Shown: positions 49,049-63,164 of the stretch, piece after piece
How the letters are laid out: each line of letters begins with the position of its first letter
How positions within the stretch are numbered: the first letter of the stretch is position 1
Program-made: the position numbers and the translations under genes
The notes under the pieces: generated by a model
Database searches by the model: none
The model's input: only the letters and a program-made list of their open reading frames with translations
Told to the model about the DNA's origin: nothing
Assembly: GCF_018977255.1 (NCBI RefSeq)
Contig: NW_024704742.1
Location: 38,008,001-38,072,000 of the forward strand
DNA from: Callorhinchus milii
Taxonomy: Eukaryota
DNA: 64,000 nt
Direction: 5' to 3'

Positions 49049-50835
49049 AGTAGAACAATCTAAAGAAGGTTGGGAGCAAAATAGTCTTCAGGAGGGAAGA
49101 AAATTGCTTTTTTTTAAAAAAGCCTATATTTGTTAAAATACAATATCAAATACAATTTATCCTTATACAGCACCTTTCATGCGGATAGGATATCCCAAAG
49201 TTCTTGACAATTCTGGCTAGACACCAGAAAGCTGCTCCATGACTGAGGAAATTACACCTGGGTCTAGTCTACGCTTTTTTTAAAAAAAGAGTAGACTATT
49301 TGAATTTCATTGGAAACCTGTTCGGCTGAGATGGAATTGTAAAGGTGTTGAGTTTTAGAGTCCACACTTTGTTTTCATGATTGTATTTAGTAAGCTGCAA
49401 ACACCTTGTGTTGAGGCAGGGCAAACATTGCCCTCAGATATTCTGCAAACGCTCCAGAAACACTCCTATTACTACAAATATGGAATCAGATGTTTTCAAC
49501 TGAAAAGTTAAGAGAAGCATACCTGCTTCTCCTAATTTACCTCCTATTAAGTGTTAACAAAGACAAATTGTGGAAAATAAAATTGTATTTGATATGGCGC
49601 CTTATCAGGTCACAATGTCTCAATAGAGCTTCACACAATGAAGCTTTGAAGTCCTATGCCTGCAGGTATGTCAACAAACCTGACAACTAACTTGTGCCAG
49701 CAACCTCCCACACTCAAACAGCAATAAGATTAATGAGGACAGGGTGTGGTATATGAGCAGGCTTTGACGTGCCGTGAAGGGTAGGGGGATTAGTCGTTTG
49801 AGTTTCCCTAGAATGCCCTTGCCATTAGTCTTAAAAAAAACATTGATTGTTCCATATGCTCTTCTTCATAAAAGAGAAATTTCTCACTTCAATAATCCAG
49901 TTTCTCAGTGTATACAAAAGTGGTAGAATCTAATAAATCTGCTTCTGAAGATAAACTAATGTTTCAAGGGGCTTTGAAACTTTCTAAAACCTCTTCAATG
50001 CTTTTGAAGGGCCATTAAATACTGGGATGTTGGCATGTGTTTATGGTGAGAACATATTGCCCCAGTTTGAACTGTCTGGCATAGTGAAAAGGATTAGACT
50101 AAATAGGCAGGTAAATCTGTAACTGGATACTATCAAGCTAACAACTGGATACAATGTAATAGAAAATAGAAAGTTAGTCACAGATGCCAACAATACTTAA
50201 TGTGAATGCTAGCCTTAGCCTGGAGTACTCTGAACGTAAGAATGATGAAACAAATACTAACTGGGAACAGCAATGCTGTTCGCTGTTTCCAAAATAGAGC
50301 CAGTTTCGGTGTTGATGCCAACCTCCATTGTCCTGTATCATTCTGCAGTATTCTGGCTGTATCGTTTAAACCAGCTCCACTTATCATTCTCTAAGAAGTG
50401 TTTCGAGTGTTTTCCAAGTGCTGTGAGATAACATTTCACTCGAAAGCTACTGTGCCTGCTGAGCAGTGTCTAGCATGCCAGTGAACTGCCAGCCTGGCGT
50501 CTCAGAGAAAGCCATAAGTGAGTGAGGTCCTTGCACACAAGCGGTCCTTGTACTCAGAATTCTGTAGGAATACTGTATTGGAAATGTACAAGACTGGAGA
50601 AAACAATTGGAGTCCATCTTGGTCTGTAAATGAACAAATAAATAAAATAATAATTAAATATTGTGAGGATAGTAGTGTTTCATGAACATTACTTTGATGT
50701 ATGAAGATTGCATTGCTGAAACGTTACCAGAGAAGATTCAAGAGATGTTGAGATGTTCCATCAGCAATTGTAACTGAGCAGCCAGCTCTAAGCAGTTACT
50801 GGAATTGGTCTCTTCCTCATCGTTCACCTGTTCCT

Positions 50836-51152
50836 TAATAATAATAATAATCCTTGCATTTGATATAGCGCTTTTCACGTCGGGAGGACGTCCTAAACCG
50901 CTTCACAGAACACACTGTAAAGTGAATTGACTGTATATTTGTGGGCGAACGCGGCAGCCAATTGCGCACAGCAATGTCCCACAAACAGTCGTAGATTGAA
51001 AATGACCAATTTATTATTGTTTTTGGTTTTGGAGGGATTATTATTAGGCGTGTGGAGTAAGGAAACTTGTCCAAGGTTTCGCCCTGCCTGGAATTGAACT
51101 CTGGTCTCTCGTTTGCAAAGCGAGTGCTCTAACCACTGAGCTACAGGACTCC
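50836..51152 (-). mobile_element. Full-length young SINE, short subfamily
   Basis: Complete head, body and tail. Confidence 0.93.
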
Positions 51153-51631
51153 TTAGGTGAAGAGCATTGTTATGCGATTGTTTTTTGCTTTTGGCATCTT
51201 TGTATTGGAATTTTTCATAATTCTGTTGGTTGGTAATAAGTTTGCAGTTTGTGGTTTCACAGGGTGTGACTGGCAGTTTGCGGGACTATTTAGATTACAA
51301 GTGAATTTTCTCATAGAATGCTCGAAACTGAATTTGCTTGGAACAAACAAATGATCAGACTTTTTTAGGTGTGTGAAGGCATCGCGTGCAAGACAGGTGA
51401 GTATTGTTCTGGGATCTGGATGTGAATCAGGATGTTGTGTTTCCGTTTGGGATAAAGTGAGGTTGTCATGGGCTGAAAAGCATTTGTACAATGATTGTAC
51501 AGTTCAATTCAGCCTTCGAGTCTTAATTATGTTTTTTGTGACGTCACTGAAAGGTAATAGAATGCAAAATTGTTTTTAAAAAAAGATAAGAATGGGGGAT
51601 GTGGAATATTATCTAACCCAATAGCAATAAC

Positions 51632-51885
51632 AAGTCAGCCTGACTCAGATGTTAGCACTCTTGCCTCTGAGTCAGAAGGTTTGGGTTCATGTCAGTGCTA
51701 TGAACTCATAGTCAGATTGACACTCAGTGCAGTGCTGGGGAAGTACTGCATCGTTAGAGCTTCTGTCCTTCAAATGAGACATCTAACCGAGGTCCTATCT
51801 GCCTGTTCAGGTGGACATTGAAGATCCCATGGCGCTGTTTGAAGAGGGAGTTAGTTTCTCCAATTGCCCTGGCCAACATTCCCTG
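51632..51885 (+). mobile_element. Old SacSINE1-like Deu-SINE
   Basis: tagcactcttgcctctgagtcagaaggtttgggttca...tctgcctgttcaggtggacattgaagatcccatggcgct...cctggccaacattcc. Confidence 0.8.
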
Positions 51886-52272
51886 AAATAAAAAAAATGT
51901 TCAATTACTTCATAATAATAAGTAATTGGTGCTGGTATCTGGCCTCTCTCCCTTTGTTTGTACCAACCTGGACATGGCCGAGGGCATGGAGTATTCAATA
52001 TTCACAACCAAATTGTGAATTGTGCAAATTGGACCTCAAAGGTGTTTTTCCCAGTGCCTCTAGGTGGCAGTTAACTATAATCAAATGTCTTGCAGCAGCT
52101 CTGCCATTCACATGATTGGTGTTCTCGTTAGCTTGGGATGTTTGTGGTTGAACAAAAATTAAATCCATTCAGGGAGCATTTTGGCAACATCGCATTGCAA
52201 AAGAGATTCCAATCACGTCAAACACGCAGTGCCTTCCAATTTACTTGTAGGTTGTTGTTATAAGAAAACAAA

Positions 52273-52525
52273 GAATCCTTGCATTTCATATAGAGCCTGA
52301 TCAGTTTGTCAAAACATCTCAAAGCTCTTCACAGGATTCACTGTAAAGTGTAGAGACTGTATTTCTCGGCATATATGCAGGCCACTTTGCACACAGCCAT
52401 ATCCCACAAATAGCTGTGAAGTGAGTATCCGCCTTGACAATGAGCTCAGACTCCTGATGTGGGGCTTGAACCCACAATCCTCTAACTTAGAGGCAAGAGG
52501 GGTACCAATTGAACCAGGCTGACAC
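52273..52525 (-). mobile_element. SacSINE1-like head (about 52440-52525) joined to SINE tail
   Basis: gtggggcttgaacccacaatcctctaacttagaggcaagag next to aatccttgcatttcatatag...ctgtaaagtg. Confidence 0.7.
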
Positions 52526-52789
52526 CAGGGGAACTGCACTCAAATTAACCCTGAGAACCTGGCTGCCTGTTCAGATGCTAGTTAAAGATTCCATGACGCA
52601 CTGAACTTCACAATAATTATTTGTGAAGCACATTTGACATAATGAGGTGATTAAAGGCAAGTTTCTTTCTTTCTGATTGTAGAAGGAATTCCATCTCTAT
52701 CTGCCCCGGGTATTATCTCCACAAATCTATCCTCAGCCTAAAACAATAAATGGTTAATAATAATTGATTAATTACGATCTGAGAAAGCC

Positions 52790-53640
52790 TGAGTGTGTGC
52801 AATGTACACTGTGACGACAGGAGGTTTCCTGGGACTTCTCTATTAGAAACACCAACTTGATCTCAAGAACATCAAGGTGGCTGGAACGTCATAAGCTGTC
52901 CTGTAAAGGTCTTCCCACCATGTTGAAGGCAGATGCCGGCCAGATAGCTGATGAGGAAACTCTGAGGCTTGGAGCAATACCTGCTGGAAAGCGTTACCAG
53001 GAGTCCCGAGTTTGTGAACACATGCTTGTACATTCAGCGCCTGGAATACACCCTGATCGGCTTCCGTAGCTCCAACTGGGGGAACCGTTACTCAATGGGA
53101 AGAACGTGAGCCCAAGCTGCAGACAGGAAGATGGTGGCAAAGCTCTCACCCATTTCATGCTGAGATGTGTTACACACCAGGAAGCTCACAGGGACCATCC
53201 ACCTAGTGAAGCTCAAATTCAGGCTTGTCGGATATCAAACTCAGCTGTTCACCATGCAAGTCAAAGCCCTAACGGGTAGAGTGGTCCTAGCTGGACAAGC
53301 ATTGGGAAAGCTTGCCAGACAGCAATATCAATGCGGTTTTAGCTGGTTAGAATCCAGCAGCACCCCAATGAACACTTTGGGGTCCCCAAGCTTTGGCTCT
53401 TTCCAAGCTGAGCCTAATACTTTTCAGAATTCGATAAGCAGGATGCATTCCTCCAGGGAGAGAGTGTGCATTCCATTCCAACAATCTATCTCTGGGATTT
53501 CCATGTGGAGGTGGGATGAATGGAAAACTGAGCTTGGTTTGGATACTCTCAAGCATGGTGATTGATTTCCGCATATGTCAGACTGCCCCCACCCCCCCAA
53601 AGAAAAGCAACCCAGCAGCTCAGGAAAGATCCATGTAGAC
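52790..53640 (-). mobile_element. Repeat family X, copy 3 (longest)
   Basis: 53240-53585 aligns with 14760-15105. Minus-strand fragments ERAKAWGPQ, VFIGVLLDSNQL, AWAH, IPG...DSW*RF and VYIAH. Left boundary uncertain. Confidence 0.7.
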
Positions 53641-54574
53641 ATCTAAAATAATGTTATCAGCAGCCTAAAGAATGCCAATTCCTCTGAAAATATGTTAAAG
53701 GTCAGTTTTCCAATGACCGTGACTTCATTTTGCAGTTGTCAAGGGTTGAGATTTGTGGTAAGCATGGATCAATAGGGAAATTTGTTTCAGTCAAACCATT
53801 GACCTAGAATGTCTTGGTTAATTAAGAGTTGGAAAGCCAATGTCTCTAATCCACTTGCATCTGTTCATCAGGAAGTAATTTATTCATGTGACAGATTAAA
53901 AACAATTTCTGACAAATTCCCACTCCTCTGTCGCTGTGTTCAGAGCTGTTGATGCCGCTTGTTGACTGGTGGTGTGGGAGAGTGACTAAAATAATATTTG
54001 AATCTCCACACCAAGTATCTTGTCCATTTCTGTGTGTGTGAAAAGGAATTAACCAATTCCTGGTAACATTCTTTCTTATTTGGACAAATTTCTTTCATTA
54101 GAAAAAAACTCATGTTTTTTTCATCTCTCTAACCTCTTTCTTGAAAGAATTTGCTTCTTGTCTCCTCCCCCCACCCCACTCCGATCACTGGATTGCAATT
54201 CAAAGGGTGCTCATCCAGCACCTCATCCAAGTGCTATTATTCATTGTAGTTGTATTGCCAATTGTGGTGTTCGTCTCTTCACCCTCGACATAGCTGAACC
54301 CGATTCTGTTCTTATCCCATGTCCGTGTATTCTTTTGTTCCCATGTCTTCCAGCATTGATTGCATTCCTAGGTTTTGAGCTGAAGTCCCAATATGTTTGC
54401 ACCCAGAACTTACTGACTGAGAGGCAAACATGTTGCTAACCAAGCCAAGCCGTTACTCAAATGCAAACACCACGGATATTCGGGTGTGGTGTCTGGGGAA
54501 AAATATGTCATAATTCCAGTGAAAGAGCTTTGTCATGTGAAATTCTGTGGTTAGTTACTGTGAAATATTTACCA

Positions 54575-55320
54575 CAACTTGTACTTGTATAACACCTTTC
54601 ATGTAGGATAATGTCTCAAAGTGCTTCAGAGAGACAAATTAAGAGCCTGAGCAGGATGAAAGATTGGGGGTGGTAATATCAATAATACTTGCCTTTGATA
54701 AAGCATCTTACCACATGGCTGAAATGTCTCAAAGCCCTTCACATGATTTTCAGTAAAGTGTAATGACTATGTATTTTGGGGAAATAGGGAGGTTACCAAA
54801 AGCACTGTCAAAACGATCGATTTTTAGAAGAGTTTTGAAAGAAGAAAGGGAGAGTGCATGGATGAGAGGTTTTGGAAGGTAGTTCAAGAGTTAGCCAAAG
54901 CAGCTAAAAACTCACCAGACACTTTGGTGGGACTGAGGGGATGAGGATCAAATTGTAGGAAGAACCGTGGGATTTCACAAGGAAGGACAGTAACAAAAAT
55001 TGCAGACATAGAGTTGGGCAAGAGCATGGAGGCATTTGAGAATAAGAACTAAGATTCTTGAAGTTGATCCACTGGGGAATAGGAATTCAATGGAGCCAGA
55101 TAAGGATGTCGGAAATGGACTTGCAGAGTCTAGTATGGGAAGGAGATAGGTTGCAGTGTTCTGGATAAGTCAAACTCGAAAAGCATTGGAGAAATCAAGT
55201 CAGGAGGTGATGAAAGCATGAATAAGGGTTTTGGCTGCATTAGTGTGAGACGGGGATGGAAGTGGGTGATATTTTCAAGGTGATGGAAAACAGACATGGT
55301 CTGTTCATCAAGACTGTTCA
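54575..55320 (-). mobile_element. Degraded L2 3' fragment with an inserted SINE tail (about 54675-54780)
   Basis: acaacttgtacttgtataacacctttcatg tail; caagtcaggaggtgatgaaagcatgaat (HAFITS on minus). Confidence 0.75.
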
Positions 55321-58300
55321 TAGCAGAGTTACAAAGAACTATTGTAGCTGTTTGTGAAGAAAAATGCAAGTTAAGAAGATCACAAGATAGCTTTTGATGA
55401 ACAACGCTCTTTGGTCCTTTTGATCTCATCTTTTATGCTATTTCCTGACATTTAATTGAAAGAAAACTGCGTGCTTGTTATTATTTAGATATTGATTTAT
55501 GTCAGTGGAATGCCACATTTGATTTTGTTCATACCCACTGTATTCAGATAACTCTGGAACTCCGAGACCAATTGTTGCAAGCTAACCCCAACCCCAGCTG
55601 ACTGGGAAAATCAAACATGAACATGGGATGTAGTGTGCCCGTGAGCAGGCCAGTCACTCTCACCAGGGATATGCTGAATGAACCAGGGATATTGTTTTAC
55701 AAAAAGTAGATACAGGAAAAAATATTATATAAAACTTATGATATAATTCCTTGGGCTCCTCCAGTACCTCATTCAATTGACCATTCCTTTATGACATGAT
55801 CAACACAATCAGTGTCTGTGTTTGGGTTCTGTCCTACATTATAGCCACTATTTTGTGTTGTCGAGGGGAACATTTATTCTAAACCTCTTGTCTCACTTGA
55901 GGCTTTTTATTAATAATAACTATCCTTACATTTGATATAGCATCAGAATCACCTTTCCTATCGGAGGACATTTCAAAATACTTCACAGGGCTTGCAGTAA
56001 ATTGTAGTGACTATTTTGTAGGCAAACTTTTTTATGTTAACCCAGTTCAATACAATTCACTTTTATATAGTGCCTTTTACATCAGGAGTCCATGTCAAAG
56101 AAATTTAGACCTATGCCCTCCAGTTCTACTTTCACTGTCTTGGTCAATTAGTCTGCTTACAGCTACATTATCCATGTCCCTCATCATTTTAAAGAGCTGG
56201 GCTTTTCTCTGGGAGTGACGGCTCATTCAGTCTGTACTTTTAAGTGCCTGAGCTGACCCTTGCAGCTATGGGCACATTAAGTATCCGAAATTCTAGACAC
56301 TGGTCAGGGAACAAGACAGAAAGTGGTCTATCTACGTTTTGATGGCAGGTGTTAATTTATAATAATATTGCCTTCTCCCTGTGGAAGGTAGGAGGGTGAT
56401 TGTAAAATTATAAAACACTCAAGCTGTTACCATGGTGATGTTTGCTCAGTCAAATCTAAAATGGAAAAATAACGTCATGATGTGACTGCTTTACAGAAAT
56501 CAATTGTTTCAGATCTCATTCCCGCTGTCGACTTTAGTATGTGACCTTTCTTATAAATAGACTTCCTACTTCATTATTATTCAGAAAGAATATCTGCCTC
56601 AAAATTGCAAAAAAAAAGCAACCAGTTGATGACTAGTGGTCTTGGAAGACTGATTGTGCCCTTGGTTTCTCTGTACTGTTGATAACCATCCTCGCTTCAG
56701 CTCTTAACAGCTGATGACTCCTGACAAACCTAAAGTAGTGTTTTAGTAGATAGGGATTATATTGAGTAAACAGAGTATCCATGGTGTTCTGTTTGGAGAG
56801 TATAGTCCCTGACTGCCGACACTTAAATGTGTGTTTCCAGCTCCCCAGAGACTTGGATTCATTATAATGAAAATAAAGCCAGAGATTTCGCAGCCAATCG
56901 GACAAGCTTGTCTGTACAGCTTACCTGTGAGAGGAGGTGGAGGAAGGAGGTGGTGTGTGTTTAGCCAGTCAGTTGAAGAGAGGTCTCAGATTGCCAGCTC
57001 TGACATCTCTGTAATTACTGCAGTGTTCATCTCTGGTTTTCTCAGGTGAAACGTGAGAGTGTGGCTCTGTGGAAAATGTCACTTGCTGTGGCAGTCCTGG
57101 TGTCTTGTGAAGCCCCAGCTTGAAGGTTTACAGTGGCCAATTGTTGCACTTACTGTATCCTTTGAAGGAGTCACTGGGAAGATCTGCTCCTGTCATTCAG
57201 TCAAACAGCCTCCAGATCCAAAGCTGACAGACAAGTGATGCCTCATTAAACTGCCCGCCCCAACCTGGCAGCTTCACTATTGAAAAATCAGAGTTCTCTA
57301 ATAATATTGCCTTGCTCGGGGTCTGAAATCTGTTTCCTCCTCTACAGCAGGATGATAAGTTTAGAAAACATCTGTGTGCCTATATTTTATATATCAAAGG
57401 TGATTAGTCATACCAGTCGCTTCACTGGTGTGTTATGTAGAAGGTCCCTGCAGGTGTTTCTGCCAAATAAGGGGAAAATCGAGACAGAAAGCCTCTCGTT
57501 ACAATAATCCATGTGGTAAAAGAGTACTGTCCTAGAGCTCACACATGGGTTTAAGTTTCAGGGGTAGGAAGACGTTGTAAAATCCTTGGCTTGCTGTGTG
57601 TGCTGATGTCTATTTCATTGAGAACGCCAGGTTAAGGGCTGAGGCCATTGTGTAGTGACCCAAGAGGACTGTAAAGAACAACTGAGAAAAAATGAAGAAT
57701 GTTGAGAGTGGTTGGGTGGAGTCAAACTTGAGTTTAAAAGCCTATGTTTTTTAGTAGGATTTAGTAGGAAAACTGTAGTAGATAAGTAGATAATTTCATA
57801 GTCTGAATGCCCCAGGAAAGTATAAGATGGTGCAACAAGGAGTCAGAGCATGTGAAGGTTGAGAGGAAATTTGAGATATTTCGAAGGAGCAAGGACTATA
57901 GTAATGACCACAAGATTGAGAAACAAAAGAAAGGTATGGCAGCAATTAATTCTATTTAAAATAATACTGTCTATAAGGACTGTTATAATAATAATAATCC
58001 TTGCATTTGATTTAGTACCTAATCACATCTTTGAGACGTCTAAAAGCGCTTCACAGAATATACTGTAAACTGAATTCACTGTATATTTTGTGGGGTGAAA
58101 CTTAAAATTGTTACCCAATATGACATTCTGTTTGTAAATCTAATTTGTGATATTCCTTAATGTAGCATGAGGTGCAGGTTAAGGAACGTTGTACATTTCT
58201 CTTTTTTTTTAGTTAGCACCAGTCTCATTACTCATTAATTCGGGACTTCCTTTCACTCAACCAGTTGCTCCCGACCTCCCACACAACAGCTTCTCCAGGT

Positions 58301-59659
58301 CAGCTGGATACTTCCTGTTTTTTTAAAACAAACTTTATTTGCTGTGCGCAACTTAGCTGCTGCATTTGTCTACAAATACACAGTCACGACAATTTACAGA
58401 AACATTGTGAATCAATTTGAGATATGCCCGATGCTATCTCAAAAGCAAATAATAATGTTATTATATGGTCAGGTTCCTGGTTTAGACTGGGTATAATGGT
58501 TATAAATCCATATTTGGATTGCTAACTCAACCCTACCTCTGGAGGCAGCTCTGTAAACTCAGTGGACATCAGGTTTAATGTTAAGGTGCAGTGACATGTA
58601 GGAGATGTAAACCTCCTCCAACCCCACACCCCTCCCCCACTCCTCAGGCGTTTTACTCGGATGAACAAAAAGTCTTTGATTTTAGGAACAAGTGATTCAG
58701 TGTTTTCATATTTGGGGGTGGGGGAAATCTTGTGCTTTGTCCTTCAGTACTGGTCAACTCTTCTGAAGCAGCGCTCTTTCAAAGTCTACCCCAAGTAAAT
58801 CAAGTCTGAAACAACTTAGAACCTGCTCTGTAATTTCACTAAAATCACTACCGGTGGGATATAGTATTAGAACCACTGTGAGAGCATCACCAGTGCTGAG
58901 CTGGTTTACCCAGTGAAGTAAGTGTTAATGTGCACGCTGTGCTTTCTCTGTTGGCCTTCACTGGACAGGGTGGAGATTAACATGTGGAGATCGCTCCCAG
59001 ATCAGCTTGGCCACAGCACACCCTGCCCTGCTCTATCTGACAGACTTTATTAAGGCACTTGTTGCTGATCTGTTATGAGTCCATCTGAATGTTGATGGGT
59101 TCCCTAATAGGATTTGGCTCCAAGAGGCAGGCAACTTGGCAATTTTGCTTTGTGTGTGTGTGTTACGTAATGTATCAACACTTAGTTGTTTTTTGTATTG
59201 AGTGGGTGGCTGTTTGATGTGAGTCAGGGGAGGTGGATGTTGAATAGCATTGTATTGATCACAACTGATCAAATGCAAGCATTATTCATTGCATTTTCCT
59301 TTAGAAAGTTGACTTTTAATTTTTTTTAGAAAACTAGTTTTACCTTTTATGTCAACTCCTTCCCATCCCATGCATTCCGTCATCTACAAATACACAGTCA
59401 TTCCACTTCACAGTCAAGCGCTTTGAGGCATCCTCCCCATGTAAAAGATACTCTCCCAAATGCAAAGATTATTATTATTAGATGGGAACTAAATATTTAT
59501 GGACCAATGCTATTATTTTACGATGGCTATGGGACACTATCTTAAGTTGAATCATGCTGATGTGAATGACTGATGTGAATCTCTGGTTTGGTTTCCTGTG
59601 GTGAGAGAAAAAAACATTCAAAGATTGTTGTCTCAATGCACACTCTAGGGTCTTCAAGA

Positions 59660-59850
59660 CTTTGATCTTGTCAGCCTGTACCAAGTAATCTGCAGAATTA
59701 GGTTAGCAGGATGTGTTCCTCCAGAGAGGGAGTGTGCATCCCATTCCAATAGACAGAAATTTCGATGTGTAGGTGGGATGCATGGAACTCTGTTTCGTTT
59801 GGATACTCTTATGCATGGTGGTGGGATTCTGCATGTGTGACCAAAAGAAA
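59660..59850 (-). mobile_element. Repeat family X, copy 4
   Basis: agcaggatgtgttcctccag...taggtgggatgcatgg...tttggatactctta.gcatggtg matches 14960-15100. Confidence 0.75.
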
Positions 59851-60854
59851 ACCTTTCCCCACCGCACCTGCAGTATATTTCATCTTTGCTGTGGGTGTGG
59901 ATCCCTGACTGTCCATCGCTTTGGGACGTTCTCCTGATGTGAAAGGTGCTATACAAATGTAATTTGTTGTTGCTGTTTTGTTTTTTTGATAATGTTCTCT
60001 GTATTCATCATACGAGGGGAGTGTATATTAATTGTAAATAATTGTCTTCGCGCCAAAGGGTGGAATGCTGGGTATGCTGAACAGGAAAACCAATTTACTT
60101 GGCAGAGACAGAGTATGTGCATGTGAGCATCTGTTTTAGTTTCCTTTAATCCTCATAAGTAGAGGAGGGATTAGGCTGGACTCAAAAACAAAGGAGTTCA
60201 TGGATTTTGTGTTTTTCCAAATATCCCCTAGCCATAATTCCAGAAGATGCAATTTTTTCTAAATTATTTAAAACCCTCTTAATTCCTTGCGAGTAATAAG
60301 TGGAAGAAGCATTTTCTGTTTACCAGTTTAGGTTGACTTGTTTTAATATATTTAGTCATCATGGGATTGGGGTCAAATTCAATGAATCACAAGCACACTT
60401 CATCTTGCCCAGAGCAGAGCACTCAATGCACAAGTTGGGAATATCAGATTGACTATTCCTGTGGGTGAAAACCTAACTTTCCAACAGTTTTGCCTGGCAC
60501 GAAAATAATCTCCCCAAGTGAAGACATTTTCCTGCCAGAGACTTTCATTAGGTAATAATAGTGGCTCTCTTCAAAGATTGACAGAAAAAACACAGCTACA
60601 TGCAGTACTGGGAAAAAATCACTGCAGTCAAAATATCTCGGATGCAGGTTATAATAATAATAATTACTCCACATTCATTTGCCAAAGAGGACAGTGATGA
60701 GACCAAAGTGTAGTGTTTATTAGACGCTGCACTGTGCAGTGTACGCACCACATTCCAAATTATCGAGACAATTTCATTCCTGGGTTTTTGTCTGCTTAAT
60801 TGGAAGTTCGAATAGTGTTTTAGTGCGTAAGAAAACACAGCATGAAATAGCATT

Positions 60855-61135
60855 TAATAATGCTTGCATTTGATACAACGTCATATCACCCCGAAACATG
60901 TCAAAGCATTTCACAGTCTTCTGCGTATTCGTTGGCAAACAAGGCTGCCAATTTGCACACAGCAATGTCCCACAAACAGCCATGAAGTGAATGACTTTTT
61001 TTTTAACTTGGGGATTTTTGACCAGAACAAGCTTTCTGAAACTCCATTCTCTTTTTGAATTGGGGCATGGGAGCTTTAATGTCTGTCTGAACAAGCAGAC
61101 GGGACTTTGGTTTGTAGTCTCATCTGAATGAGAAG
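60855..61135 (-). mobile_element. Deu-SINE (SacSINE1-like) 3' part
   Basis: gccaatttgcacacagcaatgtcccacaaacagc and gcatgggagctttaatgtc...ctgaacaagcagacggg. Confidence 0.7.
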
Positions 61136-62984
61136 TAACTTGGTAACTTTTCATTCAACACTGAACATAGTCAGGTACAGTATTTTAATCAGGTACAGTA
61201 TTTTAAACATTAAAGCAACATTTTAAAGATCTTCTATTTGATTTTGTCTTGTTTCAGATGTCATGCCAGTTTTGGGGCTTGTCAAAATGTGCAACCATTT
61301 GAAACTAAATGACTTTAATCGCGTCCTGACTTATATTTTGTAGTAACATTAGGGGATACATTGTGCCAGTAGACCTATCTAGAGTTTCTATCTTAGTAGC
61401 ATTAGGGTAAAGAAAATCCATGAGCCTCTTTCTCCCCTGATCAACAATTGCACCATCAGGAATGCACCTCCAATAAAGACCCATTTCATCTGTATGGTAC
61501 ACGTGAGACTCACTCGTGCAATTTGCTCAGCAGTCTCTGCCTGCAGTTTATTCTGGAATGTTTTCAAGTCCACATTATGAACAGAAAGCAGCTCCCTATT
61601 CAGTTTCAGTTGGCCTATGCCATGTTGCACATTGAATTGCAGTAACTACCCCTACACTACCATCACGTCCGTTCTGCCAGAGCTTCTCCACAAACCACCT
61701 TGTTTATTCCAGTAGGATGTATCTTTTGCACATTTGCTTTTGAACCATACAAAGTGTGCGCTGTTAGTGACTCACAAATATAAACCGGTATAAATGTAGA
61801 CCGACTGATCTATTGGTCGTAGATTGTTTCTCTGGGTTGGGTTTGAAAGTTCTGAAATAAGCCTCAGTTATCACGTCCCCTATCACTGCCCAGGCCTCTA
61901 TAAATCGTACCTCAAAAACAATTTGGCAGGCTCCATTTCCATCCATCCTGCCAACTGACTGTTTACCTCTTCAGCCTATCCAGGGTTCCTTCCTTCCTGA
62001 CTGATCTTTTCATCTCGCCAGTGTTGTTCCCCATCATACTGTTTTCTCTATCAACTTTAGCATCTCTGTCTTGCCTTAAGTACTGGCCTTATATTCTCCA
62101 TATCACGCCTTCTGTTTGGCCTGATGCTGTTACTTGTTCTCCTGTGTCAATGTAAAATGAACTGTACTCAGTGTTCATCTTACTACTTGGTTGCCCTTGT
62201 TGAAAAGAACTTCACATTTATTACTTTCAGTGAATGGTCATTAATTGCTCCCAAATCCTGCTCCTTTTCCACCTGTGCACCAAGATGCATTGATTGTAGT
62301 CAAAAGCTTCATATTAATTATTTTAATACGAATTAACATTTTTCCTCTTTCTGGGCTGGGAGTGGGAAAGAAACACATTGCATTTTGCATATAAATACAT
62401 TTCAATTTTATTTTATCTCATCGAGTTCTGTATGTGAATAAATTATAAGAGGTGTTCCAAACCCTTTTCACAACAAGTATTGTACTCTTTTAAATGGGTA
62501 GTTGGGGAATGGATCCATCAACACATCATTAAATATTATAGCTTTAAAAGCATTAAATGTAGAAGAGACACTGGTGGCTATAGCGCGAAAGGTGGGGAAA
62601 GGAGTGAGAAGGAAAGAAGTCATGTTTGTAACTATTCAAAAGAAAAATTACTCATTTTTGTTTCAGTGACGTGGCTTGCATTGTACCTAAACAGAACTAC
62701 TGTATAGTTCGCACTTGTACTGTAGTACTCCTTGTACTGGGCCCCAGACTATTTCCACATGGGCCTTGTATACTCGCTTAATTGCCATCAAATTAACTAA
62801 TTGCAACAGTTGTGCACACTGCAGAACAGCTCCACACTTAACCCTTTGTTCAGTAGCCAGGCTGCAGCCCCCCACACCCCCCCTCAGTGTCTTTTCAGTA
62901 TCTCTGAGAAGCAGCTCTCCGACAATATCCATGTGAAGGGCGCAACATCAATAATTCCTTCTGAAAAATGACAATAATAGATTG

Positions 62985-63150
62985 TCACTTCAGTCTACGA
63001 CTGTTTGTGGGACACTGCTGTGCACAATTGGCTGCCGCGTTCGCCCACAAATATACAGTCAATTCACTTTACAGTGTGTTCTGTGAAGCGCTTTGGGACG
63101 TCCTCCCGACGTGAAAAGCGCTATATCAAATGCAAGGATTATTATTATTA
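62985..63150 (+). mobile_element. Young SINE 3' half
   Basis: Near-identical Deu-like domain and gggacgtcctcccgacg tail. Confidence 0.92.
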
Positions 63151-63164
63151 AGTTGTTGTTGTAC

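Noticed and set aside
51075..51152. tRNA-Ala(TGC) gene
   Set aside because: It is a SINE head fused to the SINE body. The acceptor stem has a 1:72 mismatch and U3:G70 rather than the G3:U70 alanine identity pair.
57155..57163. GTATCCTTT as a U12 intron donor
   Set aside because: One such 9-mer is plausible by chance across both strands of 64 kb, and I found no supported coding exon or U12 branch site with it.
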